Below are positions 15,901-29,699 of a DNA stretch of 64,000 bases, one piece after another. The position numbers and the translations under genes were made by a program. Origin of the DNA: Geosiphon pyriformis uo1 (lineage: Eukaryota; Fungi; Glomeromycota); NCBI GenBank assembly GCA_016748015.1, contig JAAOMT010000534.1, forward strand, positions 189,428-253,427, written 5' to 3'. Position 1 is the stretch's first letter. The number at the start of each line of letters is the position of its first letter. The notes beneath the pieces are model-generated. The model did not search any database and had not been told where the DNA came from. It was given only the letters and a program-made list of their open reading frames with translations.

Positions 15901-18900
15901 TATTAATAATACTTTATTATATAAACTATAATTAATTAGTTAAATATATAAATAAAAGTAATAATATATTATTTTGTTATTTTAAACACTATATAATAAA
16001 TATATTAATGAAAACTGTTTTTTTTTATTTTATAATTACAATTAAAACAAATAGTAAAAAAAAGCAAATTTTAAGTTTTTTATAGTTTTTTTTAATATAA
16101 TTTTTTAAAAAAACTTTTTTAAAATAAAAACAATTAAATACTTCTTTGTAAAAATGCTTTTTTTAAGTAATATAAATATTAAATTAAAATTATTGAAAAT
16201 TAATTTAAATTTAATAAAGCCAGGCAATAAATAAAACAAAAAATTAATCAAAACCAATTTAATCTTAAAATGATACCAAATATCAAAGTAAAAACTATTT
16301 ACTTAAAAAATTTAAATAATTAAAACCAATTTTTTTGTTATTTATATTAAAAAATAGACTGGTTGTTATTAAAGAGATTTTATTTAAAATTTTATTTGGA
16401 ATTACAAAAAAATTCAGTATAACAATAACAAACACAAATAATTGCTGCTGTTTTTTTGAATTTTTAATCTTTTTAGTCATTTGTAAAAAAGTAATATTGA
16501 TGTTAATAATAAAAACAAAAAAGACCAGCTTGTTAACTGACCTATTTTTAATAATTTTGGGACTCTTAAAAGAGATAAAATTATATTAGAACTAATTTAA
16601 GTATTTCTTAAAAGAAATTTTAACTAAAAAAAAACCACTAGCTAAAGATAAAAAAATGCTTCAAAATAGTTTTTTACTATTAATATTTAAAAAAAACATT
16701 GTCAAAATATTTTACTTAACTGTTTTAATAATAATAAAAATTTATTAGTTATTATAGAAAAAGTAATATTTAAAACATTTTTATTTTTTATTTTAATTGT
16801 GATTATAAAATAGAAAAAAAAAGTTTTTTATTCTATTTGCTTTTTTAATTGTTTATTATGTCTTTAAAATTGATTAATTTTTCAAAGCATTATATTAATT
16901 ATTTATTTTTAAATTAATTATTAATAGAATTATTTACTTAATTATTAACTAAAATTATTAATATAATTACTAATCTAAATCTTTTTTTAAGAATATATAA
17001 ATAAACAAAAATTTTTATAGTTATAAAATTTTATTTATATTTAGATTAATTTATTTAAACAAAGATTAATATAATAATTTTATTTTTTTTATTTTTTTTA
17101 CAATGTTTTTATTTTTTCTTAATTTATATAATTGTTAATTTCTGTAAAGTATTTTAAATAATTATCTATTAAAAAATATATCTAATATTAAATTTTAAAA
17201 AAACTAACATAAAACATAGAATTATATAAAATATTATTTTTGTTAATAATATAAAATATTTTTTTAATTTTAGATTATTTATTGTCTTTTAAAAAGAATA
17301 GCAATTAAAATATTTATAAGATTGATCTTATTTATTAAATTCTTACAAATTTAATTTATTTATTAAAATTTAATTTACTTTTTTGATTATTTTTATTACT
17401 ATTTAATACTGTTTTTTTTTGTTATTTATTAATATATTACTTATCAATATTTATTAAAAATAGTCAATAAAATTTTATTAAAAAATAATCAGATTTAAAT
17501 GTAGTATTTAAATATTTTAGTTTTTATAATTAATATTTAAAGTCTTATTAATATAAAAAAACAAGCTCTTTTTATTATTTCAAAGCAAGTTTTTTTTTAG
17601 TTTTAAGTTTAAAATTTGTTAACAATTTAACATTAAATTTTCAGTTTGTTAAGTATTTTATGATAATCTTGTTTTTAATAAAAGTTATTTAATATTTAAT
17701 TTTGTTTTAGTTTTAAAATTCAAATTGTTAGTTTAATTTTATTATAATTATAAAAGTATTAATTAACTTTAATATTATTTATTGCTTTATTAATCGAAAT
17801 TTGTAATTTAATATAATATTATATTTATTAAAAAACAATATTCTATATTATTGAAAATTATTAATAAACATTTTATATTTTAAAAAATATTAATCCAAAA
17901 ATCTAATGGCTAATTTTTATTATTGCAAAGCATTAAGAAAAATTATCTTCAATATATTAAAAATTTATACGAAATTATTATTTTTAAATTATTTTATTAT
18001 TATTGTATAATTTATTAATTAATAAAAAAACATATATTATTAAATATCTTAATGTATTTAAAATTAGTAATACTTATTAATAAAAATAATTTTAAAATTT
18101 GTTTATTAAAGTTGTCTTTAATATATTAATAAAAAAATAAGTAGAAATTTTTTAATAATTATAAGTTATTAATTAATTATAAAAATATATAAAAAATAAG
18201 CTAATTTATTGCTAAAGTATTATTTATATAATTATCTTATTAATTTAATAAAAAGTAAAACACTCTTATTTAGCCTAATTTACAAGTTTTAAAGCTAAAA
18301 TCAAAAGTTTTTATAATATTTGAAAAAAATTCAAAAAAAATTTTAAGCTTTGTATAAATTATTAAAATTTAATTATATTATAATTAAGAATTAATATTTA
18401 CTATTTCTGATTTTATATATATTGAAATATTGTATTTTGTTTGTATATTTATAAAATTTGATTTTTAGAGTACTTATAATTAGGAATAAATAAAAAATAG
18501 TTTTTCAAATATATTATGACTATTTTGAATATTTTATAATATTTAATAAACAATATTTTTAAGAATTATTTAGATTAATTTGTTATTTGTTATTTTAATA
18601 ATATTTTTATTTATTCTAAAAATTAAAAAGAGTATAATATATATATATGTTTAGTATTGGAGCAATTATTATAGTATAAGCTATATATTAAGCTTAAAAA
18701 ATATGTATTTAATTAATTTTAAGTTAAATTTTTTAAATATATTATCTTTTTTAATGGTATTTTTAATAAACTTTAAAAAAGTTCAAACAATTAACACTTT
18801 GAATTTTTCTTTTGGAATTATTTTATTATAAACAAAAGAAAATAACCAATTAATCTAATTGTTTTCGATTTACATAAATTTTCTGTTTAAGAAATTAATT

Positions 18901-19550
18901 ATAAGATTTACAATAAAAAACTGTTAAGAAGTATTGTTATTATTAAAAAATAGCATTATTATTTTGTAAGTACTTAGCATCCAATTGTTATTCTTTGTAA
19001 TTATAAAATTTTTTAGTATTTTATAATAATTTAAACACATAATTGGCATTAAACTTAGTGGTTAATTTTTTGACAGATTTTAATTTTAAAATTTCTTATT
19101 ATTCCAGTTTTTTATAAAACAAAACAAATACTTTTTATGTTGTTTAAAATTTGAATCTAAAAAAACCAATAAGATTCATAATTAATAATAAATTATTTTG
19201 CTCAAAATAGAACAATTGAAAATTGCTGCTTTTATTCTGTATAAATTTGAAACTTTTAAAAACGATTAAAGTTATAAGTATTGATAATTTTGTTGGGTAT
19301 TTGAATTTGATAAAACTTTGAGTTAATCATTAAAAATTTTTTGGTAATTGCAACAAAAAAAAATTATGTAATATTTGTTTTTGGTCTAAACTTTTTCGTT
19401 ATTTACTGTTTAGTTTATTACAATTTTTGTCTGTTTTAAAATATTCTTGAAGATTAATTTTCATAAATTTTATAAGAGATTTATTTAAAATTAAGAAAAA
19501 AAATGCAGTTTTAGTATTAGTAAATTTTTTAACCAAGATGACTTATTTTT
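9950..19550. repeat. Hyper-AT-rich block of decayed, probably transposon-derived DNA
   Basis: Extremely low GC by eye, CG and CC/GG dinucleotides rare, no credible ORF, contiguous with a recognisable Ty3 relic. The element family cannot be assigned by eye. Confidence 0.55.
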
Positions 19551-19559
19551 TTATGTTCA

Positions 19560-20670
19560 AAAAATATAAGTTCAGAGAAAATAACTTAATTGGTTCTTTA
19601 AAATATTGTAAGATTACATGATTTTTTGGATAAAATTATGATTTAATTTATGATTAATTTTAGAAGTATTTTTTGAACTTTTGAACATTAAAATTTTGTT
19701 ATTTTTAGTATTTTACTTTTAAATTAATGGTTAAATTGATCATATTAATCAAATTTTAAAACAGCATTTATATAGTTCTGTAAATTATTAGCAAAATAAC
19801 TGGCATAATATATTACTATTAGCAAAATTTGCATACAATAACACATTTTAAATGTTAATTAAAATGATAAAATTTATTATTAATTATGAATGAAACTCTT
19901 GATTCAATACTTTTGTGGTTGAAAAATTAATAAAAGCTTCAAAACTAGTTAATTTTTAAGCTTAAAATAGTATAATAAGTACAAAAAAGCAAATAATAAT
20001 TTACAAAACATTCAAATTTAAAATAGATAATAAAGTTTGGTTTTTGTAATAAGTTAAATTATAAAAAGCTTGGTTTATTTTAAATAACTTGTTAAATTAA
20101 TTCTGTGATTTACAAGTTGAACTGCTACTATATTTTAGAATTTATAATGTTTTTATTGGAATATTATTATAATTCAAACATATTTGAATGAATAAAAAGT
20201 CATCTCTGTTTATTCAACCCAAAAACAGTATTAGGTTTGAAGCTAATAAAATTCTGAATTCAAAAAGAGTTGAGAGACAAATAAGTTATCTAGTTTTTTG
20301 GAAAGAATATCTTTTTTGAAAAACTACTTGGAAATTTGCGAAGAATCTAACAAATATTTACAAATTAATTTGAACATTTTATGCTTAATACCCAAACAAA
20401 TCTGACTTAATAACGAAATGTTAAAAAAAGAATTAATTTCACAAGAAAATAGTCAATTAGAGAAATTTTAGACTATTCTAGAATCATCATAGATCAGTTT
20501 ACTAATTTGGTTAGTATTTGATTTATGTTTTTCTGAATATAAATAAAAAAACAGGTGAATTCGATCTTAATTCTTTAAGCAAATTAACACTAGTTGTGAA
20601 TTGAATTTTTTACTCTTTTTTTTCTGTTCTTGAACTTAAATTGCTCTTTGTCTTTTTCCTAATTTATAAC
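19560..20670 (+). mobile_element. Degenerate Ty3/Gypsy (chromovirus) LTR retrotransposon: integrase C-terminus, chromodomain, probable 3' LTR
   Basis: Decayed translations: VRLH..DKI (integrase core), N.Q...INQIL.Q.L, FKIDNKVWFL...KKLG...FRIYNVF, and chromodomain FEANKILNSKRVERQISYLVFWKEY..KTTWKFAKNLTN at ~20236-20356. A TG-initiated segment follows (~20419) and ends in ...ataaca (20670). Confidence 0.72.
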
Positions 20671-21551
20671 AGATTATGTATTGAAATCACATAGGCTGTA
20701 TTTATTGTGGAATTTTTAATTTTATGTACATAAATAAATGGTATAATTACATTTTGTGATAGTATTAAAATAATAATAAATATATTTTTAAATCAAAACA
20801 TAATATTTCTATTTTATCATCAAAATAGAAATATAATTTTTTTCGAGTGCAATATTAAAATAAAGGGTAAATTGGATTGTTTTAATTAACAATATTTTCA
20901 AAAATCTCTAAGTTTTGAGAACCTTAATCAGTTAAATTTGATTCACAAAATTTATTTTTTCAAATGCTTTTGATATTTTTAAAAGTATTTTTGTTTTGCA
21001 TTTTTTTGAATATTGGGAATTTTAATTTCTAAAGAAAATAAGATGAAGGAAGTGAAATAAGGTATTTAGAGAATAAACTCCATTTTAAAAAATATTGAAT
21101 AGAAGAATTTATTTTATTCAAGATTTATTGGCTTGAAGCTGAGGTTACATTTTTATTAAAACTTTTACGTCTTTTAAAATCGTTCAAAGTTTCCTTATTG
21201 AATATTGATTAAAGTATATTATTTTATTTCACTCCCCAGTAAAAACCAAAACACTATCTAAAGTTATAATTTTGATTAGCACGGAAACATAAAGGTTGTA
21301 TTTCTAATTCTATTCAGCTAAAGAGCGTTTTATGGTTCTAGCCTTTGGTAAAAACCTAAACTTCAAAGATTACATTTATTGAAAGAACTTATAAGTTCTA
21401 AAGCTTTTTTAATGTTAAAATAGATAAATAGTATTTTTTTCAACTTTATTGTGGATCTTAAAATAGTAAGCTGTATAATATTCTGCTAGTGAAATTTTTT
21501 AAGATAGAGAGCAATCTCAAAAATATATAATTAATTTAAATAAAAATGAAT

Positions 21552-23016
21552 TTATCTTTTTATGATTTGAAAAACTTCATACTCTTCGACAAAGAAATCC
21601 ACCTCAGGCATTATAGCATCATAATCTGTTGTCTTTTTACAACGGCACCTTTGATCATTGCCATACAAGCCAATATTGAATCTTCCAAAATGGGGTCCAA
21701 GATTTAGCCCACCATAAGGTCCACGTTCGCCAACAAATTTGCCAAGTTTAGCATTTCCAGCTTTGCTATCTCCAAGGGAAAAAATAAAACTTCCTTTTCC
21801 ATCTAATTGTTTATTCCGAGAATGCCAAGACTGTGGGCTATAGCCGCCAATTAGCTGACCAGTTTCTTTCCCTTTTATTACGCTTATTGTTGCTCCTTTA
21901 TTATCGCATAATCGATGAAAATCGGCTGGAGTGAATCCGTCTCGACTGCCTCGAAGTAACAATTTAAAATCATTTCTAACTTGATATTCAGAGGGAGTAT
22001 TTTCGTCTTTGCCTTGAATCCAATTATCTAGCTGTTTTATATTATGGGATTTAAGAAGCCTTGATTCAATGTTTGACCGTAATGGCTGAGCGTCTACAGA
22101 CTCTTGATGACTACCCGGTACGAGATAGTGATGTAAAAGATCTTCGTATAAAGTTCCAGGTAAGATTCTCGCAAATGGTTTTACTTTGTGATAGAAGTTA
22201 ACTGAAGATATGTTAAAGAAGCGGATTAAAGGTAGAAGTCCTTTAATGGATTCCTTAAAGGCGTTAAAGCCTTCATCTGTCCAGTTAAGAACTTCTTTCA
22301 TCTGAATATTTGTATCTAATTTAGCAACTCCCCATTCCACAATCTTTTCCCATATCTTAGATTCTTCTATATTTAGGTCATCCCGGGTTAACATTGAGGA
22401 AAGAGCATTTTCACTAAGGGAGGTAAAATCTTGCGAGTTGAAGACTATAGCTGGATTGTTAGCGGCTATATCGGTGCAGAATTTTTGTAACTTTTTGAAA
22501 GAAGCATGCATAAATGAAGTTTTTTGCAAAGTGGCGAAATTTTCTTTTAGGTCTTTTGCATGGTGTTTAATCAAATAGTCTTCAAGGGAATCAATAAAAT
22601 TCTCTAGAATAAGCTCGTCAGCGGTAACAAGCAATTCTAAAATGGTAGGTACTCCATATTTATCAAGAGAAATCACGCCATTATAAATATATCTGTGCGG
22701 GAAATAAAACATATGAATTTATATTTGTAAAATACTTTGAAGCAAATGAAAATCCTTACCTGAGAATTATTTCAAAAATTTCAGGTGAAATATTAGGTTT
22801 AGCGAAGATAATGGCGTTATCTTCCCTTTTAATCCAATTGCCAGAGAGAGCTACAGTAAAATATGGTGATCTTGCTGCTAAAATTTGCGAATGAGCATGA
22901 AAAGTTCTGATATCGGGTGCTTCGCCAACTATAATTCTAACATCAGAGAACTTCCGAGTGTTTAATAAATTCCCGAAATCATTAGACAAAGCGTTAAAGT
23001 GTTGTTGGGATGACAT
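21552..23016 (-). CDS. BTB/POZ-BACK-TLDc protein, copy A (intact, 2 exons, ~465 aa)
   Basis: BTB (SDVRIIVG..FHAHSQILAARSPYF..ISPEIFEIILRYIY), BACK (LTRDDLNIEESKIWEKIVEWG..LPLIRF), TLDc (LLLRGSRDGF...FHRLCDNKGATI...IGGY.P...GPHFG...EEYEVFQ). Intron 22693-22759 is GT..AG. Confidence 0.92.
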
Positions 23017-24129
23017 TGGTAAAATAGATATCTTACTGTGAGATTTTTTTTCCACATACAGTGGTACCTCTATAAGTGGGACCATGCATTTAGAGATAGT
23101 ACGCACTTAAAGAATAGCCAATAATAAAATAGATATTGTTTCACAATAAATGCAAACCATGCACTTTTTAAACATGACTAGCCACCAGATCTAATGCTCG
23201 CCTTTGAAGATCAAGACCTATATTTGAAAAGCATGAAATATCTAAACGGCCAAATTTTCAGTTTTTTTGCTCAAGTATAACACTTGAGTTAAATTTTTGG
23301 CAGACTCAAGATGAAACTTTTAGTCTAAACATCCTATAAATAAAAAGAATAAAGAACTTTAGGAGTTAGCTGTCAATTTTGTATTCTTTATATTATTATA
23401 TACCATATAATAATAGCATGTTAAAAAGCATATTTATCATTTATTGTTTATATTATTAATAAAATTCCCATCCCATAATAAAAAAAGATTGCGTCTTTAA
23501 TAATATTTAATATTATGATGATACCCTAATATAGATTTAGTTAATTCAATTAGAATTACTATTACCAATATTGCAAAATTTTCTTTTTTAAATGCCAGAT
23601 CTTAAGCATTAGGATTAACATGCAATCACTTTTATTCTTAGCTAAATCAATCAGTATTGAATTAATTAATTTTTTAAAGCTAAACTTATTTTAAAACCCA
23701 ATTTTAGTATGAAATTAACATCCATTTTATTATTATTCTTTTGAATAAGTTTAAACCTTTGTTTTGTAAAACTGTACAAAAGTACCAATTTTGTAATCTG
23801 AAAAACAATGAAAATAAAGTAAATAAAAAGTTTTCAAAAATTATTGATATTTTTTGTCAATTTAGATATTATTAAACCACAAAATATTAAAGATTTGCTA
23901 ATAAAATTTAAACAAACTAATATTTAAATGTTTAAAAATAATGTACTTTTTTTATTAAGCTTTATTATCATGAAAATTGGTTTAATTTTTTTATTTTTTC
24001 ATCTTTTTTTCTTTAATAAGGCTTTTCAAAATAAAATTTTCTTTCTTTTTTTTATTTTACAAATTACCAGTTATAATATTAGATTTATATATTTTAAAAA
24101 GAGAAAGAATTTGAAAGAATTTGATATCA

Positions 24130-24545
24130 TCAAAAAATAGAAAATCTTAAGATATTAGTAAAAATATTCCAAATCCAAAAAATTATAATTTGTATTATAA
24201 TTAATATATTCGATATTTTGGCTGTTTTAAGACATTTCAAAGCAATTTCATAACTCTATTTCGGTCATACTTTTAATAATCTTGCCCAAATTTTCAATAA
24301 TAACAAATTCTTCCGTTCTCATCTGATCTAAAAATATGATTTTGTCAAGAGAAATCCATTCCAGGCAGGCTCTGCGGTTTTCAAAAATTTTGTTGTATAT
24401 ATTTTAGATATTGTGTAAGATTGTTATTTCCACTATTCTATGTTCTCCAAGTCTTTAAAAATTGTCAAGATTCACAAGATTTACACCAAAGTAGATATTT
24501 GAATGGGCAATAACAATCCAAACATTTTGGCAAGCTGGCGTTGTT
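24130..24545 (-). pseudogene. Tyrosine-kinase-like protein kinase pseudogene, N-terminal fragment
   Basis: Minus strand reads LPKCLDCYCPFKYLLWCKSCES*QFLKTWRT*NSGNNNL...EWISLD...EIALKCL, the Cys-rich/WxSGN/EWI/ALK lead-in typical of Glomeromycotina kinases. Contains stops and frameshifts. Confidence 0.7.
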
Positions 24546-26486
24546 TTTTCAGTATCACACAAAATAAACCTATAAAAACTCAATAGTAATGATTATGCTC
24601 AAGTTACTACCTGCAAGCTAGTCAAAAAAAGCTTCAAAATTCAAACATTCTCCTTTTGAATTAATTAGGAATTTAAAGTTTCGATTTTGGAATTGTAATA
24701 TAATACTATCCAAATGGTCTTGATTCTTGAAAATAACTTTATGAGACAGTTAAATCAGAAAATCACTTTTGATTGCTTATTTTTGAAATATACTTGATTT
24801 TTTAGAACATATATTTAAATTTTGATAATTAAGAAACTACAGTTATTATAGAAATTTTCATTAAAATAAAACTTTGCAATTTATAAGAATAATCAATAAT
24901 TTATTTTTATTCATAAATATAATATTAATAATATTTTTTCTTTCTTGCAGTTTTCATGACCACAACCACAGAAAAAAATAATCCAATATTTCCTTTATAA
25001 TATTTAAGAGTGTTATAAAAGTTCTTCAGTTGTTAAGGCAGCTAGAAATAATATTACAGTGATGCTTTTCTTAAATATTTTTAAAACAAAGCAGTATTTG
25101 GCGGGTTTAGGAATAATTTTTTTGTCTTTGGTTAAAAGTCTTTAAAATGACATACCAGAACCAGTTTTAAATGTTTTTATTATTACTGCAAAAAACTAAT
25201 GTCTTTAGTCTTGCAAAAATCAAAAAGGTCAAAATTATAATAGTTTTAAAGAGCATGAATTTTTTTATTTAAGCATCGAAAAACAATTTACAAATTCAAT
25301 TTCGAGCTACCAATCGTTATTTTTGATCCAATTGAATTTAACCAAATCTTATAAAAAATACTATTAACTTTATTTTCTAGGATTTTAAATATAAGCATCA
25401 ATACTTCTTGAATTTTTAATATTATATTTACACCAAAAAATTTAGTTTTAAAGTTGAAATAATTAATTGTATTTGAAGCAATAATTTAGGAAACTATGTT
25501 TTTAATTTATATATATTTAAAAAAAATTGTAAATTAAATTTTTTTAAAATATGAGTTTTATTAAAATAAATTGATAAAATTTGACTTAAAAATTAAGAAT
25601 AGTATGTAATAAGTTATAATCAGTATAATTTTAAATTATGCAAATACAATTAGTTATATTTCAAAATATATGAACAGTATAAATAATATAAATAACAAGT
25701 AATAATGATTAACTAAAAATTAATAATAATATAATTAAAAAAATAATAATTCATTAATAAATAATAATAATTAATTGAAAATAATAATAATGTGATACCA
25801 AAATAAAAAACCTTTAAAAAAGTGTTAAAAAGAGATAAATGATATAAAATTTTTTAGAAAACTATTTTTAATAACTTGATGTTAAATAAAATTAATTTTT
25901 TTAGATAGTGTTTTAAAATTTTAATTTTATGATTACTTGAAAAATATTTTAGATTCTATAATAACTTTATTTTTCTAAATTAAAAAAAGTATATATAAAT
26001 TTGAAATTTTTTTGCCCTTATTCAAGGCTTCAAAAATTTAATAATATTATACATTGTTTTAATAAAAAATTTTCGGATAATTACTTAATTTATTAATGAA
26101 ATTTAAAAGAAATTTTTTTATTAAAGAGTTAATACTTAGAAACTGAAGTTATATTTTCTCATTTTGTTTTGTAAAAAGCTAAATACCATCTAAACTTTAT
26201 AATTTCAATTAGTAGAGAAACACAATTATGCATTTAAAAATTATATTTCTAATAGTTTTTCATCTAAAAAAATCTTTTATGGTTTTAGTCTGTGATAAAA
26301 GCCTAAACTGCAAATATTACTTTTATTAAAACAACTTATAAGTTCTCAAGCTTTTTTGATAATTAAAATAGATAAAATTTTATTCTGTAGAATAAAATAG
26401 GAGCCTATAGAATACTTGATTAGTGAAAATTTTTAAAATAGGGTCCACAACCATCAAAAAATGTATAATTAAATAAATAAAGCAAA

Positions 26487-26710
26487 TTATCTTTCTATGA
26501 TTTGAAAAACTTCATACTTCTCGACAAAAAATATACTTATTAATTTTTATAATTTGTTGTTTTGTTACAAAACTACCTTGGAATATTTTAAAAATTATGG
26601 CCATGCAACTTTATAGTGCTCTGTTGAAACAAATATCTATAATTTAGACCACCATAAAAGTCCAGATATACCAATCAATTTGCTAAGTTTAGAATTTAAA
26701 ACTTCCTTTT
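26487..26710 (-). pseudogene. BTB-TLDc copy B: 3' TLDc remnant
   Basis: Minus strand reads FFVEKYEVFQIIER* with decayed KLSK..G / PYGGL. Flank ~25960-26486 is homologous to the 3' flank of copy A. Confidence 0.75.
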
Positions 26711-27936
26711 TCAATAATAATAAATTTAAATATTTGAAATTAATTAATTTTTTTACAATACTTCTGTTATATATATGTAAATGCAGTACCCAAACCAACA
26801 ATTTATAATTTTTTAACATTTTCAGAAATTTCAATTAGATAATATGGCTTTAATTAATATAATAAATTCATTTCAAAAAGTTTTTAAGAAATAGAAATTT
26901 ATTAATTGAAAATTAATTATTAATAAATTGTTATTAAACTTTTATAAGTAATAAGATGAACTTTTTAAGTTTTTTTAATCAATGTAAAAAAAGACTTGAT
27001 TATATTTATGCACTATTTTTTGCATAATACTCACAAATAAAGTAATTTCATCTACTTTTTTAATATATTTTATAATGTGAATAATAAGAAGTTTTGTAGT
27101 ATTACAATACAAAAAACTGGATTTTGTTTTTTAAATTTTGTGTCAGCAATAAAATTTTTTTAAATTTTTTGAAAGGTTTTACTTTCCAATAAAAAGCTGT
27201 CTAAGTATAATTATAAATATTATTTATAATAAAATTTTTCAAAGTTGGTAAAATTGTGCCGAATTATTAAAAAGGCACTGTTTGCTCTTCCATATTTTGG
27301 AACCAGTAAAATATTCTTGAATTTTTTGGAAATTATCAATGTTTATGAATTGGGAAAAATTGCTAAAATTTTGAATAAAATATGTGCCTGGTCAAGCCAT
27401 GAATTCAAAATTTGTTAAGAATTCATTTTTTCTTTTCAAAATATTATACACTGTTGATTTTTTTATTCCAAATTGATTTGCTAATATATTATTTAAAAAT
27501 TTTGATTGGCTTCTCTGATTTAATAAAGTTTAATTTTTAGAGCCGGAGCGAGATCATTATGTTTTTGTTCTTGAGTCTGTGATGAATTTATAATATGTTC
27601 AATATGTGAAATCTTTCTTTTAAGATTTGAGATATCAAATTGTTCTGTCATGGCTTTTAAAAATGTTGAATTAATATTTTTTTACAACTATTTAAATAAA
27701 TATATTGTTCAAGTAAATAATTTTTTACAGATATTCAAGTCAATTATTATCCTAATTTGAAACAGTGATTAATCCGAAGTTTTGGCTGATCTTCGGATTA
27801 ACGAGAGTGACCATGTACCAGTGAAAATTGGGATCTACACTTTGTTTCAAAATACGTGCAAAATTTTAAGTCGAGGATTTATTGATGAGGCGATTAAAAG
27901 CCCTTTAAAAGTTTGAAATAGATTTTATTTTCGCCA

Positions 27937-29434
27937 ATGAAATTAATTTTAAAATTATCATTTTTGTCAGCTTTTTTATTTTTCGACTACATTTCATCCC
28001 ATTCTGGGGCTTCGCCAAAACCAAACCTATCAAAGCTTCATTCCATAAATGAAATTAAGCATTGGAATAATACGAACCAATGTTTTATTGAAAAATCAAA
28101 GGGGATTTATTCGACTTTTTCGCCCCAAAAAATAAATCGATGGTCGAATATCTCACATTTTCAGAGTGAAACTTTTATTCCAATAACACACAGAACAATA
28201 AAAAAATGCAATCTAAAATCACAGAGACTTAATAAGTTCAACTTAAAAAATTTTACCAAATTCAAAAGGAATGAATTAAAACCACCACCCAAACGGCCTG
28301 CCAGATATAATCCATCACCAAAACCAGTATTCCCACTCCCGCATAAAAAAAAATTGACTTACAAAGAGGAAATTGACTTTATTCGAAGAATGGCGCAATA
28401 TGCAAATTTCCCTTATTGTTTTCCAGAGCATAATGAAATTGGAAAAGTCATTTTGGACCAAAATGTTGTTGGTAAGTTTTCTTATTGTTTACTGGAGGAT
28501 TCTCTGAATATGAATGAAAATAAAAACTTATTTTTGAATTACCTTATCCAGCCGATGCATTTCAGAAAACCTTAGAAGACATAATAATTATTGTCTACTT
28601 TCGAGGTCCTCGTTATACTAGAGATGAATGGAAAAAACGACCAATTGATCTTTTCCCTATTGAAATGGATAAAAATCTACCGCAAAGACCTCTCGTGGAC
28701 TCAGTGTGGCATCAGCATGTCCAAGAAATGATACCTTCTCTCAGCCATAAAATCGAAAGGTTTTGGCGAAATAAAAAATCCAAATTTGCTTGGAGTGTGT
28801 ATTTTGTTGGACACGGAATTGGGGGAGGTATGAAGCTTAATACAATGTAAATTTTTTATGTTTTGAAACTCATTTATCTCTTTCTGGAAGCATACGCAAT
28901 CCTGGCAGCCACTTATATTCGAGCATCGATGCTTCAAGAATTTCAGATGGATGTCTCTAAAATTTCGGTGATAACTTTTGGTGCGCCACGAGTTGGAGAT
29001 TTCTATTTTGTGAGATTCTTGAAGAGAACGTTCAATTATCATGGATTTATTCGCGTCACTCATTCAAATGATTGGATACCACGAGATTTTATGGCGAAAG
29101 GAACTTTTTTACATTACTACAGAGAATATTGGATTGAAAATCAGGAATGTAATTGCAATTTGAGTGTGCTAAAAGATGTGATATATAATTGTTCCGGAAG
29201 GACATCTCTGCTGGATTTTGATGAAAACAATGTAAGGGATCAAATGTAGCGTACATATGCTGTTTTTTGGCTTGGGTTACCTTGTGAAAACTCACTGCTC
29301 TTAATTTGAAGGAATGTAACTTAGGAACCGTGGATTCATTAGAAGATAAAGAACATGATGTTCATCTTGGACCATATCTTGGAATAACTATGGGAAATTG
29401 TGAAGGGTTTGCACTCAACAAGGAAGTGTATTAA
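27937..29434 (+). CDS. Secreted class-3 lipase-like protein with nucleophile Ser replaced (GHGIGG), 4 exons
   Basis: Signal-peptide-like N-terminus; IIVYFRG; VYFVGHGIGGAYAILAA; ITFGAPRVGD; RVTHSNDWIP; HYYREYWI; HLGPYLG. GT..AG introns in correct phases (first donor 28472). Confidence 0.85.
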
Positions 29435-29699
29435 ATTTTTGCTTCTTTCTCTCAAAAAAGGGCTTTGAAAGATGCTTATTTTTTATCGCAAGAAGGTTTG
29501 GCATCTTTCAGCTTATTTTCGGCCAATAAATTACAGGCATCAAGGAGTGCTGAATGAGATGTTTTTTTTGCGCCTGTGATTATAATTTGAATTAAAAATC
29601 TTGATTCTTACATTTAATGAGAGATGATGGCAAAGTTAAAATTAATGTCAAAATTAAAGAACTTTTGTCATTGATAGTTAGTTCAAAATAAGTTTTCTC

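Noticed and set aside
2592-16589. Short I/K/N/F/L-rich ORFs (2592, 4857, 12232, 14416, 16295, 16335)
   Set aside because: Chance ORFs in hyper-AT decayed DNA with no recognisable motifs
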